Positions 1-12,875 of a stretch of 64,000 nt of DNA are shown here, piece by piece. Under the pieces are notes generated by a model. That model saw nothing but the letters and a program-made list of their open reading frames with translations, was not told the origin of the DNA and ran no database searches. Position numbers and translations under genes: made by a program. Location of the stretch: contig OZ024741.1 in NCBI GenBank assembly GCA_964016885.1, forward strand, positions 200,260,001 through 200,324,000. Reading direction: 5' to 3'. Source of the stretch: Eledone cirrhosa. Lineage: Eukaryota. Within the stretch, counting starts at the first letter, position 1; every line of letters starts with the position of its first letter.

Positions 1-590
1 ACTCAGCGCCTATGGTGCTAAGTAGGGAGGTAGCCCTAGGGCCAAGGACACCAGAAGTCTCCACTGCTAGGGGCTCAACGGCAAACCTGTCGGAGAGCGA
101 CCTATACTTGGAGAGTTTACTCTCCTCAGCGCGAAGTGCAGTAGAACCTGGGTTAGTCGCTGACTGCACCGGGTTGCCACTGGAGAATGTGTCGCTGCAT
201 GTGGCATCCCAGACAAGGGGTTTAACACCGCGGAACGGGAAGATGATCATACCGACTGGCCTTTTGCCGTCCCCTCGGTGAAGCCCCACCAGCTCGAGTT
301 GGGAGGGGAAGCCTGCAGCATCCAAGCCATGCTTTATGACCTCGTTGAGGGCAGCATGGCACTATAGCGACAGGAAAGTGGATGGAGGCCGAAAGAGTCT
401 ACGGTGGATCGGCACGACATGTGTGTGGCTCGCAGATCCAGACGCCAAGCCTCAGGGAAACCCTGATGCGCACGCAGGCTATCATTGTCCGGCGTTGCCT
501 GGCTCCATGCCTTCTCCAGTGCAAAGTTGTCAACCTCGATACACACTTGTCGAAAGAAACCGCTACCCTTAGCTTTACAGCCTGCAATCT
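1..590 (-). mobile_element. CRE-clade non-LTR retrotransposon fragment (C-terminal zinc knuckle and restriction-like endonuclease), decayed
   Basis: The minus strand reads HAALNEVIKHGLDAAGFPSQLE..GDGKRPVG..LVWDATCSDT..KY..LAVETSGVLG, the CRE-type RLE domain, with frameshifts. Confidence 0.85.
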
Positions 591-1429
591 TGATATAGAT
601 GCGTATTGTTTTCGTTCGTTTGCACGTTACACTTTAGTTAGTTAGAGAGAGAGAGGGAGGTGCAGTGAGTGAGAGGTGGAGTATTTTTCTCCCTCCACAT
701 AGATAACGTGACGGACGAACAGACAGACAGCGTTCATAGTTTAGTATAGATTATTATTATCTGGAATGCGTTACACCACCGATAGACCGCCTAGCTGTCT
801 TCTGAGTACCTGCTGGACGCCAGGATTTAGTCCTCTACCTGGAGTGCTTGGAATAAACTGAACATAATGTTCGAGAAATGTTTCCTTTTTTGCAATATAT
901 GGATATACTCGGTGACATAAACTCTTTCCCGATTTCTGCAGAACTCAAGAGAACTGTTACGTCAGTTTCGTTGGAAGGTCATACCATCACAAACACACAC
1001 ATTGTTACTAACCCTTTAATTAATTAAGTATTTACTTTTAACTAATCATTTACATTAGAATTAGAATCATCTACTTTTCCTAACTTTATACCTTTGATAC
1101 CTTTCACAATTCTTTATAATCTTTATTTTTTTATTATTTTTTACTATTTTTTTTTTTCACTTTACTTAATTTATTTATCGTTATAATAATTTACCTCTGG
1201 TTTCTCATTTTTACAATCCTTTAAATTGTTATATCCTCTGTCCCCTTTAAGCGATTTACCGTTACGCAACGCTGGGTTTCAGTCGGAGCCTGCAGCCACA
1301 AAATATTTAGCATCACTGACTTGTTTGAACGGCAGACAAATGGTTTTGATTAATAGCGTAGCGTTATCTGAGGACAGCATCATTTCTGTCACCACCAGGC
1401 AACCCCCATCCTCTTGGTCATGATAGTAA

Positions 1430-1650
1430 CACTGAATGGCATGTCGTCCCGAATCTAGTCTATTCTCTGTTTATGTTCGCCATACTCCTGTAATTGATTA
1501 CTTAATCTTTGTAATTTACACCTGATGACGTCGGTAAAGTCTTATGCCATGATCTGATGATGTAAGCAGGCCATAGAAATACGTATTGTGGTTTTTTACA
1601 ATATTCAAAGAATATTTGGAATGCGGCCTTCTGTTGTCTTTGGACTACAC
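1430..1650 (+). mobile_element. Penelope-like terminal fragment with a degenerate hammerhead motif
   Basis: CAC-CTGATGA...GAAAT-ACGT-ATT-GTG with a palindromic stem III, ending in (CA)n/(TA)n. Stem II is imperfect. Confidence 0.45.
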
Positions 1651-1829
1651 ACACACACACACACACACACGTACATATATATATATATATATAAAGATAG
1701 ATAGAAAGAGAGTGAGAGTGAGAGGGAGTGAGAAAAATTGACATCGGGTTTATACTTTTCTCTACACCCACTGTGTATCTTCACATGCATTGAGTACTCC
1801 CACTGTTTGTTGTCTCCCTGGTCTCAATT

Positions 1830-1886
<57 letters not shown>

Positions 1887-1995
1887 TCTCTCCATCTCTC
1901 TCTCTCACTCACTCACTCTCTCTCTCTCATTCACTCACTCTCTCACTCTCACTCTCTCTCACTCTCTCTCTCTCTCTCTCTTTATATATATATAA
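1647..1995. repeat. (CA)n, (TA)n and (CT)n microsatellite cluster
   Basis: Directly visible simple repeats. Confidence 0.95.
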
Positions 1996-2085
1996 TATAT
2001 ATTATACTAAGCCCTAATACTACGCCCTAATAAAAGAACACGCACTTTTGAATCTGCTACAACAGCTTTGCAGCTTTAGAACATA

Positions 2086-3452
2086 CTAGCAGAATGACCT
2101 GGCGTTGCTCGGGATTTGCTCTAGGGTTCTTATATATTTGATATATATTTATCCTTATCGAGCCTCGTGAAATAAATATGTTTGTTTATATTTTGTTATT
2201 GTGTATGCAAAAATATCTGTACACGAATATATATATATATATTCTAGGACGGGTAAAATTCCCGAGATCCATGGACGAGTTCTCTCCAGCGGTCTCTGTC
2301 CCTCATTATCGCTGCCATGTCTTGTGTCTCCAACAGACCAATGTCTCTCCTTAGGGCATCAACACACGTTAACCTTGGTCTTCCTCTTCCAGTGTGTCCA
2401 TGTAGCGGCTCCCACAGGAGCACTGAGTGCAATGTCAACTTTGGATGTCGGTGAGTATGTCCAGCTAACCTCAGTCTCCTCTGTGTCACTTTTGAGCTGA
2501 CTTTTGGGAGGCTCCCATACAGCTCTGAGTTTTTCATCCTCAGTGTATACTGATTAATGTTCAGAGCCATCCTCAGCATTCTATTGTAGCACCCATCCAC
2601 CATCTGAGTGAGTCTCTTGGTCAGTGTCCAAGTCTCAAACCCGTACAGCAGCACAGACTCCACTACAGCAATGAAGAGGCGGATTTTCAGGTCGTTACGA
2701 AGGTCCGACTTCCACACCGATCTCAGGCTGTAGCACGCTACCCAGGCTTTGCTCTTCCTCTCAACCACATCATCTTCCGTATTCCCAATCTTTGCTCCCA
2801 AATACAGGAAGTCCTCAACCAATTCTAGCGGCTTCCCGCCTACATTAGTGATCCCCTCTGGCTTCTCAACATTCTCTACCAGATATTTTGTTTTAGTCTC
2901 ATTCATTCTCAGCCCCACACTCATCGACACAGTCTCGACCTCCTGCATCAAATCCTCTGCCTCCTTCACTGTATATGTCACCAAAACTATGTTGTCGGCA
3001 AATTCAGTATCCGATATCTTTTTCGCCTTAAATCTCCAGATTAAAGTTTAAGCAAAGAATCGCTGCTTTCACCCTTAACGGGATCTTCTGAAACTAAAAA
3101 TATCAATCTGTGAACGCAGAAGTAAATATTTCGAAAAACGTTACACACTATATATACATATATACACACACAGCGTCATAGTGTCGTAATGCAGACAGTC
3201 AGACATACAGACAGATATTATAAGGGCGCAACGTATGTATCTATCTAAAAAGAAAGACTAAGAATTATAGAGAGAGATCGCTAAATCGCCTAATGCGGTC
3301 CCTAGGGCATTGAAAATTTGATTTTTTTTTCTCAAAACACTCACAGGACTATAAGTATTATATGTGTAAAGTTTGAAAACAATCGATTGGGTGGTTCTCG
3401 GGTTTTAGGTAGCTGACAGACAGACAGACATTCTCTGTTTGAGATATATAGA
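2086..3452 (-). mobile_element. Non-autonomous Helitron with nested insertions
   Basis: The minus-strand 5' end is A|TCTATATATCTCAAAC followed by (TGTC)n at 3452. The 3' end is the hairpin CCCGAGCAACGCCAGG..CTAG|T at 2086. Pairing these two ends as one element is inferred. Confidence 0.6.
2244..3035 (-). mobile_element. RTE-clade LINE 3' fragment (end of RT and C-terminal region)
   Basis: ORF 2244..2984 contains GLRMNETKTK, DFLYLG, SVLLYGFETWTL, RRLRLAGH and GRGRP. Confidence 0.9.
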
Positions 3453-3464
3453 TAATTACGTGTT

Positions 3465-3835
3465 ATGACTCGTTCTTTACCTCCAACTTTGTTGCTTCAG
3501 CCGCAAACCGGGGCGCCGCCACCCGCAATGCAGAGTAGACGAGGATAATCAAATACAGGGCATTGACCAACCTCTTCCTTTTTGTACCGGTCGCCATCGA
3601 GACCCCTGGTGTCCTTGGTCCCTGAACTGCTGATTCCACCATCAAATTGGAAAGACAGCGGCCTGGCAATGTCTTCGCCATTCTGTCTGCAGGCCATAGT
3701 CAAATTACCGCTCAGACTAGGGTGTACTCTATCCCTCCCTTCCTTCTCCCTTTCGTTCGCAGCTTAATTCTCTCTCTTCTTTTTCTTCTTCCCTTTCCTA
3801 TTTTTTCTGTTTCACTTAGATATTATTTTTTTTTA
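3465..3835 (+). mobile_element. CRE-clade LINE 3' end (RLE C-terminus and pyrimidine-rich 3' UTR)
   Basis: The plus strand reads DSFFTSNFVASAANRGAATRNAE*..KY..FLFVPVAIETPGVLG..GNVFAILSAG. Confidence 0.8.
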
Positions 3836-4672
3836 ATGACAGCTAATTGCAATATCTATACCTAATATAAAAAAGAGATGTTTGTTGGTTGGTTCCTTGG
3901 TTCCTTCACGCTCACCCATACAAGTAATACAAACACACAAACACACAGCCAATTCGCTACACATACACACACACAGCTGTGACGAATCTTAGAACGCTGG
4001 ACTTCTATAGTCATCACATCGATGTGTGTGTATGTAATAATTAGTGTGCCTGTTTATATATATGTATGTGTAGATGTGTGTGTGTTTGTAATTCTATTGT
4101 CTATGTATCTTTCTAAATAAACATCCACAAACACATACACTCACATAAATATTATATATAAATATAATTTACACAAACACACAGATGCTTACATAATCAT
4201 AACAAGCAATGTGTGTAGCCAATTCGCTATACATATAGACCTGTGTGTGTGTATGTGTAGCGAATTGTCTGTGTTTGTGTGTTTGTATTACTTGTGTGGG
4301 TGAGCGCGAAGGAACCAAGGAACCAACCAACAAACATCTCTTTTTTATATTAGGTATAGTTATTACAATTAGCTGTCATTTTTGACGGGGCGAGCTAATT
4401 AAAAAAAAATAATATTTAAGTGAAACAGAAAAAATAGGAAAGGGAAGAAGAAAAAGAAAAAAGAGAATTAAGCTACGAACGAAAGGGAGAAGGAAGGGAG
4501 GGACAGACTACACCCCAGTCTGAGCGGTAATTTGACTATGCCCTGCAGACAGAATGGCGAAGACATTGCCACGAAGAATGACCAATTTTACTCGCTGCAA
4601 CAGTCACCCCGTAAAGGGGGCTCTTTCCTCAGGCAAGCTGCTGTCTTTCCAATTTGATGGAGGAAATCAGCA
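3628..4672. repeat. Long imperfect inverted repeat (arms ~3628-3976 and ~4240-4672) of a CRE 3' end / Helitron 5' end junction
   Basis: The arms are reverse complements over ~350 bp. The right arm carries an extra ~65 bp of CRE coding sequence (4572-4636). Confidence 0.9.
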
Positions 4673-4945
4673 TTCACTACACACACACAGGTGTAGTGAA
4701 TGTTAGACGCTGCTTTCTGTAGTTTGTCATCCCCCCCCCCCCCTCCTTCCCTAGTCATCTCTAGTGCGTGACGTTATCACCCCATCCTTCCTCAGTCAGT
4801 TTTAGTGCTTGGCGGACAAGAACACATTGGCTATTATTATCCCGCGAGGTTAACTTTGCCTTTCATCCTTACGGAGTCGATAAAATAAAGTACCAGTAAT
4901 ACACTGGGTAATTGCTGGCCTTGTGCCAAAAGTAGAAACAATTAT

Positions 4946-7905
4946 ATTTTATTGTAAATTGTCGTGAAGAAACGTAGGGACCTACCTTTGTGTCTCCACT
5001 TGAGTCCGGACGGAATCTTCCTGCGCCGATGTTCACCTGTTTTACGTCTGGCCAAAAGATACAGAGAGTCTCTCATACAGAATCATAGCCCGTCCACACA
5101 GTACCGCGTCTTGAAGAAAGAGAGCGCGAAAGGCCTGCGAACTCTGATGTCACGTCACTGGCCCCTTGCTTCCGACAAAATCTACCCTGAATTTCCGGCA
5201 CCCTATCTCCACACCTACCCCTGATCTCAAGAATCAGTCACCTCATCATATCACTCCATGTCAAAGTCCGTCATCCACCTGGATGAAAGACGCTCCCGTG
5301 CGATCTCCGCACAGTTGGGGCGGCACTTTCGTTCTCCTATTCTCCGAAGCCCGTTAAATCAACGATTCTACGGACATCCAAGACGTGACACGGGATTCCG
5401 CCCACAGACACGTTGTTTCGGGATTTACAGCTGTTACCGTTCCCTTCCCCATTGAAATGTGCAACACGCATCCAGGGGCTTGACCCAGACTTCTTAGACC
5501 ACTTGTACGAACGCATTCTCTCTCTTCCACAGGTCGTTGAAATAACGTGCATGTGTGTCGCCATTCATATCTATATATCACCCTATGTGGCACCACTTCT
5601 TCAGCTTCTCCCGCCCAAGGAGACACGTTGTACCAATACACCGCCTCCATTGGTGAAATGTGTCGCCTCTCCGCCATGGCCTTGATCGTGTGATGGTGTC
5701 TCTCCACGATTCCATTTCCACTCGGCCTGTACGCCGCTCTGAAGGAGCGGCTCACATTCCACCCATCGAGCATCTCTTCAGGACCTCCGAGGGGAACGCC
5801 GTGCTGTTAACCATCAACAGTTCATCTACAGGGCCCCGCTACAAGAATATCTCTTTCAGCGTCCGTGCTATTTCCCCCGCAGTCCCTGTCTTCATCTTCC
5901 TCCATCTCGCCATTCGCCTTGGTCCGCAATCGACCATCGAGTGATACGTCCCCTGTCGATAGAATATCACATCCACTACCAATTACTTCTTGCTTTGCTC
6001 CTCTGGGTAGTTACCCGTCTCGTCCACATCCGGGGCGGGGTCGATAGACTGACATCTGTCCCAACTCCCAACCAGTTTCTGGACACTCTGTCTGGTAACG
6101 TCGGAGTCGACTTTCCTGGTTAGGAACTGGGTCCTATCTACTCCCATATGATGCATGGTATGCAATCTCCTCAACTCTTAATCACTCAGCCAATACACTG
6201 CTACTATCCCCTTTTCCGCATCCTGTGGCGCTTACAGTAGGGCTTTCTTCGTCCTGGTTAGGATGTCCGCCCTATTTTTCTCCGAGGGTACAAAGACCAC
6301 ACTCAACTTCCGGCCGAACTCAGCAGCCAGCTCTGCCAGAGTTACCAGGCGGCGTTTTATTAACATTCCTGCCGCCCCTCTCGTTCACACCCTCCTCTCA
6401 CTGGTAAGACTGATTTCACCCATCCGAGTACAGTGGCCAAATAAGTACGAATCTTTGTGGTACGCAGCCGCCATTTCAGGGCGAGATTCCCTCCCTTCAG
6501 CACAGCTTCCAATTCAGCCAAGGGGATGTGGTTACTGTCTTCCTTCTTCTTGGACCAGGCTGCGCCCTCGACCGCGACACCCCTATTTCCAGAGCGACCC
6601 CAAGCGCTATGCTATTGGCATCACACCATATGGTCCCGTTCTCCGATTTGGGTACGCACCAGCTTCCTCTTACTGGGTTATCCGCCTTTACCCTCTTCAT
6701 TATCTCCTGCATTATGGCCACCGCCCTCTCTCCTACCCTGTCTCCCCAGCTCACCTCGTCCGCTCGTCACTTGACATATCTGCGTGCTGTTCGGAGCCAC
6801 CCTGCCATTGAACAGTGGCCCACAAATTTCCCACACATTGATAAGTTCTCGTCTGACTATGTCGGTGCCCAGTTCTGGGACTTCATTTCCCCTCCAAAAT
6901 ATTAGTGTACCCGTATTGTCTATTTGCAGCTTGAATCCCAGTGCGGCTCCTTCTTCCATCACTTTTGGCGGTTTCGTGGTTAACCCGAACCTTTCTAGGT
7001 GGCTTGAGACGTCTGCTGCCGATACAACGGTCTCATCTACCAAAATATAGTCAATGTAGGAATTAGTGGCCCTCTTCACCTTGTCGACCTTCTCCAGAAT
7101 GGCCTTGAGAACCGTCGCCATGATCTTTGGTGCCGAATTCAACCCGAAACCCAGCCTAAGTGGCCAATCGCATCCATGCCCATTACCACATCAATTTCAT
7201 CCACCACGTGATAGATCTCGATCGCCCGCAGCCTTATTTTCATTCCTCTTACTACCATCTCCACCTCACTGCTACCTCTGCATCTAATCTACCTGCCGTC
7301 GACTGCCCTTACACTACTCATCCCGCTCCACTTTTTAACCACCTCCGGGATCTCTGATGCCGTTGTGCAGCCCATGTCCACAAGGGCTCGTGACGGCTCT
7401 CCGCCACCAGAACTTTTATTACGGGCAGCAACTACAAGAGCGCCTCTACTCGCTTCCGGGGGCAGCTACTGGTGCAGTAACTTCCCTTTGACAGTTTCCC
7501 TGGTCACAATGGTTGGTGATGCGACCTGCCCGCTTACATCGGTACCAGATTATTTTAGGCTTCAGCTCCCTGCAGTCCCTTGCCATGTGCAGACACTGAC
7601 ACCTGAAGCACTGTCCTCTGAACGCCCGCAGCCGAGCGTCCACAGGGCCTCTTCTCTCCTCGTCGTTCGTCAATCGCTGTCGACTGCTATGGGCTTCCAT
7701 CGCTGCTAACGCTGCAACATTCCGCTCAACGGCTCGTGTCACTACGCCGGTCTGTGTGTTTAGCTCGCTCATGACCATTTTGTTGTTGCCCGCCAACTGT
7801 TGGAGCCTCACCGAAATTCCACCGAGGAAACCATTCACAAACGCAATCCGCACGGCCCTTTCGAAATTCTCTCCTGTGAATTCGGCTACCGTAGCCAACC
7901 TCCGG
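4946..7905 (-). mobile_element. Gypsy/Ty3 LTR retrotransposon remnant (gag CCHC, protease, RT, RNase H, integrase, PPT, partial 3' LTR)
   Basis: Motifs in Gypsy order: CFRCQCLHMARDC knuckle; ALVDMGCTT; NSAPKIM..SYIDYILV; IWCDANSIALG; AAYRPSGNGIVERHHHTIK. The purine tract AGGGGTAGG is followed by TGTGGAG at 5213. Confidence 0.9.
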
Positions 7906-9230
7906 ATTTCTGGGCAGTTCCCTCGCATCCGCTGGCTACGCCAACACCCAACCGCACCGGGTTGAGTTCCTTGCCGAGCTCAGTTATAACAGATTTTCAG
8001 ATGATCTTGGCAGCGAAACCCCAGAAGACATTTCCTACCGTGATGGGGCGTATTCTACCGTCTTTCTTCCTGAGAGCGGTGAAGCGGACTGAAAAGAAAA
8101 TGTTTCGAGATTAAGGGTCCAGGGTGTCGTGAATGAACCTGTTGGTGATGGCCACAATGGTGCTCAGCAATGGTGCTCGCAATGGTGCTCAGAAATGGCT
8201 CACGGCTTCAGCAGTGAGTGGGGGTACCAAGTCTTTGAGGTTGACGAGTCGGAGTCCATCGGCGCCCCCGCTGCTATTGGTAAGGAAATACCTCAGAGCA
8301 GAGAGGATGTTTTCCTCGGAGGCCATGGAAATTGGTTGTGGGTCAGTTGGGTGAATGTGTCTGAGGTTTACAGGTGGCTCGGGATATTTGAACTAGAGAG
8401 TAGCCAAGACCTCGGTGGGGTAGAGGATGGTGTCGTCAGAGACGACTACTCTAACGGCAGCCGAGATATCACCCTCGTTAAGCTTGGCGTTTACGCGTTT
8501 GCATATACGCTTTGAGCTGTGTGGAGTGTGGCCTGCTCAGACACATGGGTACGGGCATCTGCCCGAAGGTCGTGATGCTGGTCTTAACCAGAGCCGCTTT
8601 CGACAAGCCACCTCAGTCGGTACCAGAGTGAAGAGACCGAGGACATGAGGAGTGAAATAGAACAATCAATCCCAATCACTGTGTCGATCAGAGTCTAAGG
8701 CTTTGCAGATTGAGGCCGTGAAGGCATTGGACACTGACACCCGGGCTGTTTTCGGCATCTTGAACGGGATCTTGCGAAGTCGTCTGAGCCGAGCGATGTT
8801 GACTAGTGTTTGTTGAGCGTCGGACAGGCATTCTGTGTCTGGGGTGTTGTGGGGAACTGCAGCTGCTCAGGCAAGAAGAGGAAGCTGCTGCATCTCCACG
8901 TTGGGAGTCCGTTCGAGACTTGAGGTGTCAGGCCGACACAAAAGAGGTGATGGAAACTGTCGCATGTTGTACAGTTCCGGTCTCTCTTCCGCCTGTTGAC
9001 GGTGGTGCATGTGCTGCAAGTAGCTCCCTGTGAGGGTGTTGACATTTTGTTGTTCGAGTTGGGGCATTGATTGGCATCTTGAAAGTGGGTGGGGGATAGG
9101 TTTGTGATACTGATGTGAGTTTGCGAAGGGCAAGGTTCTGACTAGTGTAGGAATGGACGTCGTGTGTGCGCGTGCGTGCGCGTGTGTGAAGAAGAAAGAA
9201 AGAAGAATAAAAGGGGAGAATTGAAGTGTG
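7906..9230 (-). mobile_element. CRE-clade LINE 5' half (PHD-like finger and RT N-terminus), decayed
   Basis: CSTC..CTTCDSFHHLFCVGL..WRC; KRVNAKLNEGDISAAVRV; GGADGLR; ALRKKDGRIRPITVG; LGVGVASGCE. Confidence 0.85.
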
Positions 9231-9567
9231 CAAAAATGTATCTCAAAGGCCAGCTTGGCGCAAATTGTCGCATGATTTCACTTAAGAAATACATTATAAA
9301 TTCACGTATGTGTGGAATGTTCAGTCATTTACATGTCAATATCATGAGGAGGTAAATCGCTTCCGACCTCCCAAAAGACAAGCCTTTAATTCCTGGAAAA
9401 CTGTACGTCCGGTATTAATAAACAATGACACTTCAAATTCACTTGACTCTCTTTTTACATTACTCCACTTTCCAAATCAAACGGTTCAACGGTTGAGTTA
9501 TATTCAAACGTTGTATGCGCGTCCATTGAATATATCGTTACGATGTATGTGTAAATGAAAACAAATA

Positions 9568-9739
9568 CCGTATTTCTCGGCGTCGAAGACGCTACTTTTT
9601 TTCCTAAAATGAGTCTCAAAAATCTACCATGCGTCCTGGAGGCCGAAAGTTGATTATTATTTTTTTTTTTTTTTATTTTTGTTGTCAAAATTAGGGTACG
9701 TCCTCGAGGATGAAGCGTCTTCGGCGCCGGGAAATACGG
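9568..9739. mobile_element. Tc1/mariner-pogo type MITE
   Basis: TA|CCGTATTTCTCGGCGTCGAAGACGC ... GCGTCTTCGGCGCCGGGAAATACGG|TA: ~25-bp TIRs with a TA target duplication. Confidence 0.85.
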
Positions 9740-10551
9740 TATTTTTATTCCAGACAGAAATTTTCATTTTTTATTTTGTCTTCTGGTCGATTTTGTATTT
9801 CACTCTATAACTTAAATGAACTTTCTGTGTTATCGCTGCTATGAAATTTTGGTTATGCAATTTCATGTAAAATTATGTTTGCTAAAATTCCATGTTATTT
9901 CGTACGATTCCATTCTGATTTCAAATATTTCTCGACATTATATTTTCCTGCATTTATCTATTTATCGTGTAAAGTGTAACCTACACAAAAATTATTTCGT
10001 TCCAAAGTTATATCTGTATATACACAAATGATATGGGAGTAAATAATCCCTGCAATAAGCACGGTATCGAATACTAAACTTTAACTAAATTTGATCATTC
10101 ATATTAGTCATTCAGATTGAAATGTGATGAATTGATGATTGTTCTAGGAGAAATTATAGCAGAAAACCTTCCAGTTGCCGGTTCTTCTTCTAGTTTTGAT
10201 AATGTGATGTAAAATAATTGTTTCTACTGTTGGCACAAGGCCAGCAATTACCCATTACTTTATTTTATCGACCCCGTAAGGATGAAAGGCAAAGTTAACC
10301 TCGGCGGGATTTGTTTGTAAAGTTTGTAAAATAATAAACTGGACACAGTCTCACAGGTCTCCAATCATTTTAAGTAAGGCTAGGTGTCGAACCACTCTCC
10401 AGCGGTTTTCTGCTGCCATATATAGTGTGCATATTGATATTATACGCAAATATATATGCATATAGATATGGTGGTGATGGTGTTGGTGGTGGTTATAGTT
10501 AGGGGGTGATAGTGATTTTGCTTCTGATGAAGATAAAAATATTTATGACAA

Positions 10552-11050
10552 TCTATACATAATATAAAAGAGAGATGTTTATTGGTTGGTTCCTTCGCGC
10601 ATTACCAAAAATCGAAAAATGACAATCGAAAAGTAAATATAGCAATGGAATAAGGGTATACTCAGGAAGGTTTACTGTTACTAATTTTATAACGTCAAAG
10701 AAGAAGAAAAGATCCTGGGTATGCTAACCAACCTGAATGCTATTTCTAACAGGTTGGAAATCAACCCTAAGGGATTCTCTCTGTGCGTTCGTTGTCAGTG
10801 ATGATCGTGTTTTGCGGCCAACGTCTCCGATTCGAATGCTGATTTACACACACACACGCATACATACACACACGCGTGCCCATGCACCCCCCCCCCCCCA
10901 CACACACACGCATACATACACACACGCGTGCCCATCCCCCCCCCCCCCCACACACACACATTTAACGGCATTACGGCGAAATGTTATATGACGAGCGCTA
11001 ACGGAAGTTGACATTTGAAAGTTTTAACAGGGGTGAATCTTGAAATAAGA
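10552..11050 (+). mobile_element. Helitron-like 5' portion
   Basis: Starts A|TCTATACATAATATAAAAGAGAGATG, the same family start as at 3855. No 3' CTAG end was found. Confidence 0.5.
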
Positions 11051-11074
11051 TTATTTGTTTAATCAAGAGCTAAG

Positions 11075-12620
11075 AAATTTAGTAGATAAATAATATAATA
11101 TTCATTCATGATTGGAATATAAAAAAACAGATAAAAACGAAAAGGGATAAGGGGTAAAGAAGAGTAGATCTGGTTGATAGAAAGGTAGAGGAAATGATTA
11201 TAAATGACACACATGAGAGGAACGAGAGGGGAAAAGCCAGGGCTATTAGGCCATGGAAGAAAGGAAGGGGGAAGGGGACAATGGCCGATGACAACCTCTG
11301 CAACAGGCACCCCATCTCGCAGGGTTCCTTCCTCATACGGGCTGTTGACGTTCCGATTTTACGGAGGAGCTTGGCAATACGGGATCTGAGGATGCCTGAG
11401 GTCTCGACGGCAACCGGTACGAAGAGGAAGCGGCCCCAGTATTTGCTTGCCTTCCTGTCCTCTGCATTGTGGGTCGCAGTACCGGGGTTTGTGGCCAAAG
11501 TGACTAAGTTGGAAGTGAAAAACGTGTCATAGTATGTGGCGTTCCAGATGAGGTATTCACCTCCTTCGAATGGGAAGACGGTAATTCCGTAAGGGCGCTT
11601 GTCGTCTATGTGGTCGATGTTTGCTGGCTCCAGTTGTGATGGGAAGCCAGCTGCATCCTGGCTCCTTCTCAATATGTCGTTGAGAGCGGTGTGTCGGGGA
11701 ACCGGCCTCTGCTCTGGCGGCATGACATTGGGGGCAGGTCAAACTCGTCAACGACGACCCCGCAACAGCATTTGTGTGGCTCACACATGCAGAGACTGAG
11801 GCGTTGGGCCACTCTATGCAAGTGTACTCATTATCGAGAAGGGTACCAGTTGACGAGGAGGGCACCGAATTGAGATACGCACCGCTCTTTGGCTGCAAAG
11901 TGGATCGGCGGCAAGCGATGTGATGTTGGTTCAAGCCAGCCTCGATCCATCTGAAAGAAGACACATTTAATGTTGTCCCAGTTACGTTGGACAATTGTAT
12001 ACTGGGCGACAGAAGGGCCTTCACTTGTCCACACGGCCAGAGCCTGCTCAGGTTCGGCCGTTTTGCTGGGGACCTCACTAACGAGGGTGCGACTGGCGGA
12101 GATTGGGGAGATGTAGACCGGCAGTGCCAGATCCGAAACGGATCGGAGACCGAGGCCACTGAATCTCGGCGGGAGCTTCGCCTGTTGCTAGCCGGTGGTG
12201 CTGAAACTGACATTGCAGATGAGTTCTACACAGCGTCGGATAGTGGTGTTGAGTTCACCAAAAGATTTGCGTGGGGTGACAAGGTGCACTACGCAGCGTG
12301 AACAAAAATTTGGGGAGGGCGAAGCAGTTCCTCAAGAGAAAGAGCGTATAACAAAATACTGGAGTGTATGAATATAACAAGGAGACGTGGTTTGTGTGTA
12401 TAATATTTAATTAACAATTTGTGGATATATAGAACAGTATAGTTGACATGTCAATGAATAGATGAAAGAATGAAGCAAAGTTATTAGTTACTGTTTTGGT
12501 TGCCAGGTGAACGCGCCTGGCCGAAGGCCAGGAGCCGAAAAGGCAAATGAGAGAAAGGGAGCTGAAAGTTATTCGTTTTATAGGGTTCTGCCGGAAGTTA
12601 CAGAAAGGGTTCTACTTCCT
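11075..12620 (-). mobile_element. Internally deleted CRE-clade LINE (5' region fused to RLE domain and 3' UTR)
   Basis: ORF 11106..11723 reads PRHTALNDILRR..AGFPSQLEP..DDKRPYGIT..LIWNAT..FVPVAVETSG..LLQRLS. Upstream lie SGAYLNSVPSSSTGTLLDNE and a degenerate WHCR. No RT core is present between them. Confidence 0.8.
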
Positions 12621-12679
12621 ATCTAGAGAGCGTTAATCTATTGGTGATGCGAGTGTCACAACAAGGGAGGCAACTCCTG

Positions 12680-12875
12680 CTACAAGCGCCTGGTGAGCGT
12701 CAATGAGAAGCAGCCTCTCTGCCATTCGGGACAAATCTGCCAGCTTGGTCTCCAGGCACTCTCGTATGGCTTTCGAGAGAATTGGAGAGCCGAGAATGAT
12801 GGTGGCGTCTTTCGGTGTAAGCCGAGCTCCGAATAAGACAGGATGGCTGCTGAGCACGGCGTCTCTAAAATTAAT
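12680..12875 (-). mobile_element. CRE-clade LINE internal fragment (post-RT)
   Basis: DATIILGSPI..LETKLADLSRMAERLLLIDAHQAL. Confidence 0.75.

Noticed and set aside
950-995. Minus-strand GAAAC-TGAC-GTA hammerhead 3' half
   Set aside because: There is no CTGANGA core upstream.
1502-2017. ORFs rich in SL, YI or CV dipeptides (also at 10737, 14749, 17329 and 52110)
   Set aside because: They are translations of microsatellites.
4671-4702. Palindrome CATTCACTACAC..GTGTAGTGAATG as the Gypsy LTR end
   Set aside because: It does not mirror the TGTGGAG LTR start at 5213 well, and there is no second LTR to confirm the boundary.
11987-12301. 104-aa plus-strand ORF and other ORFs antisense to CRE, Gypsy or RTE coding regions
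   Set aside because: They are shadow frames of GC-rich retroelement sequence with no independent motifs.
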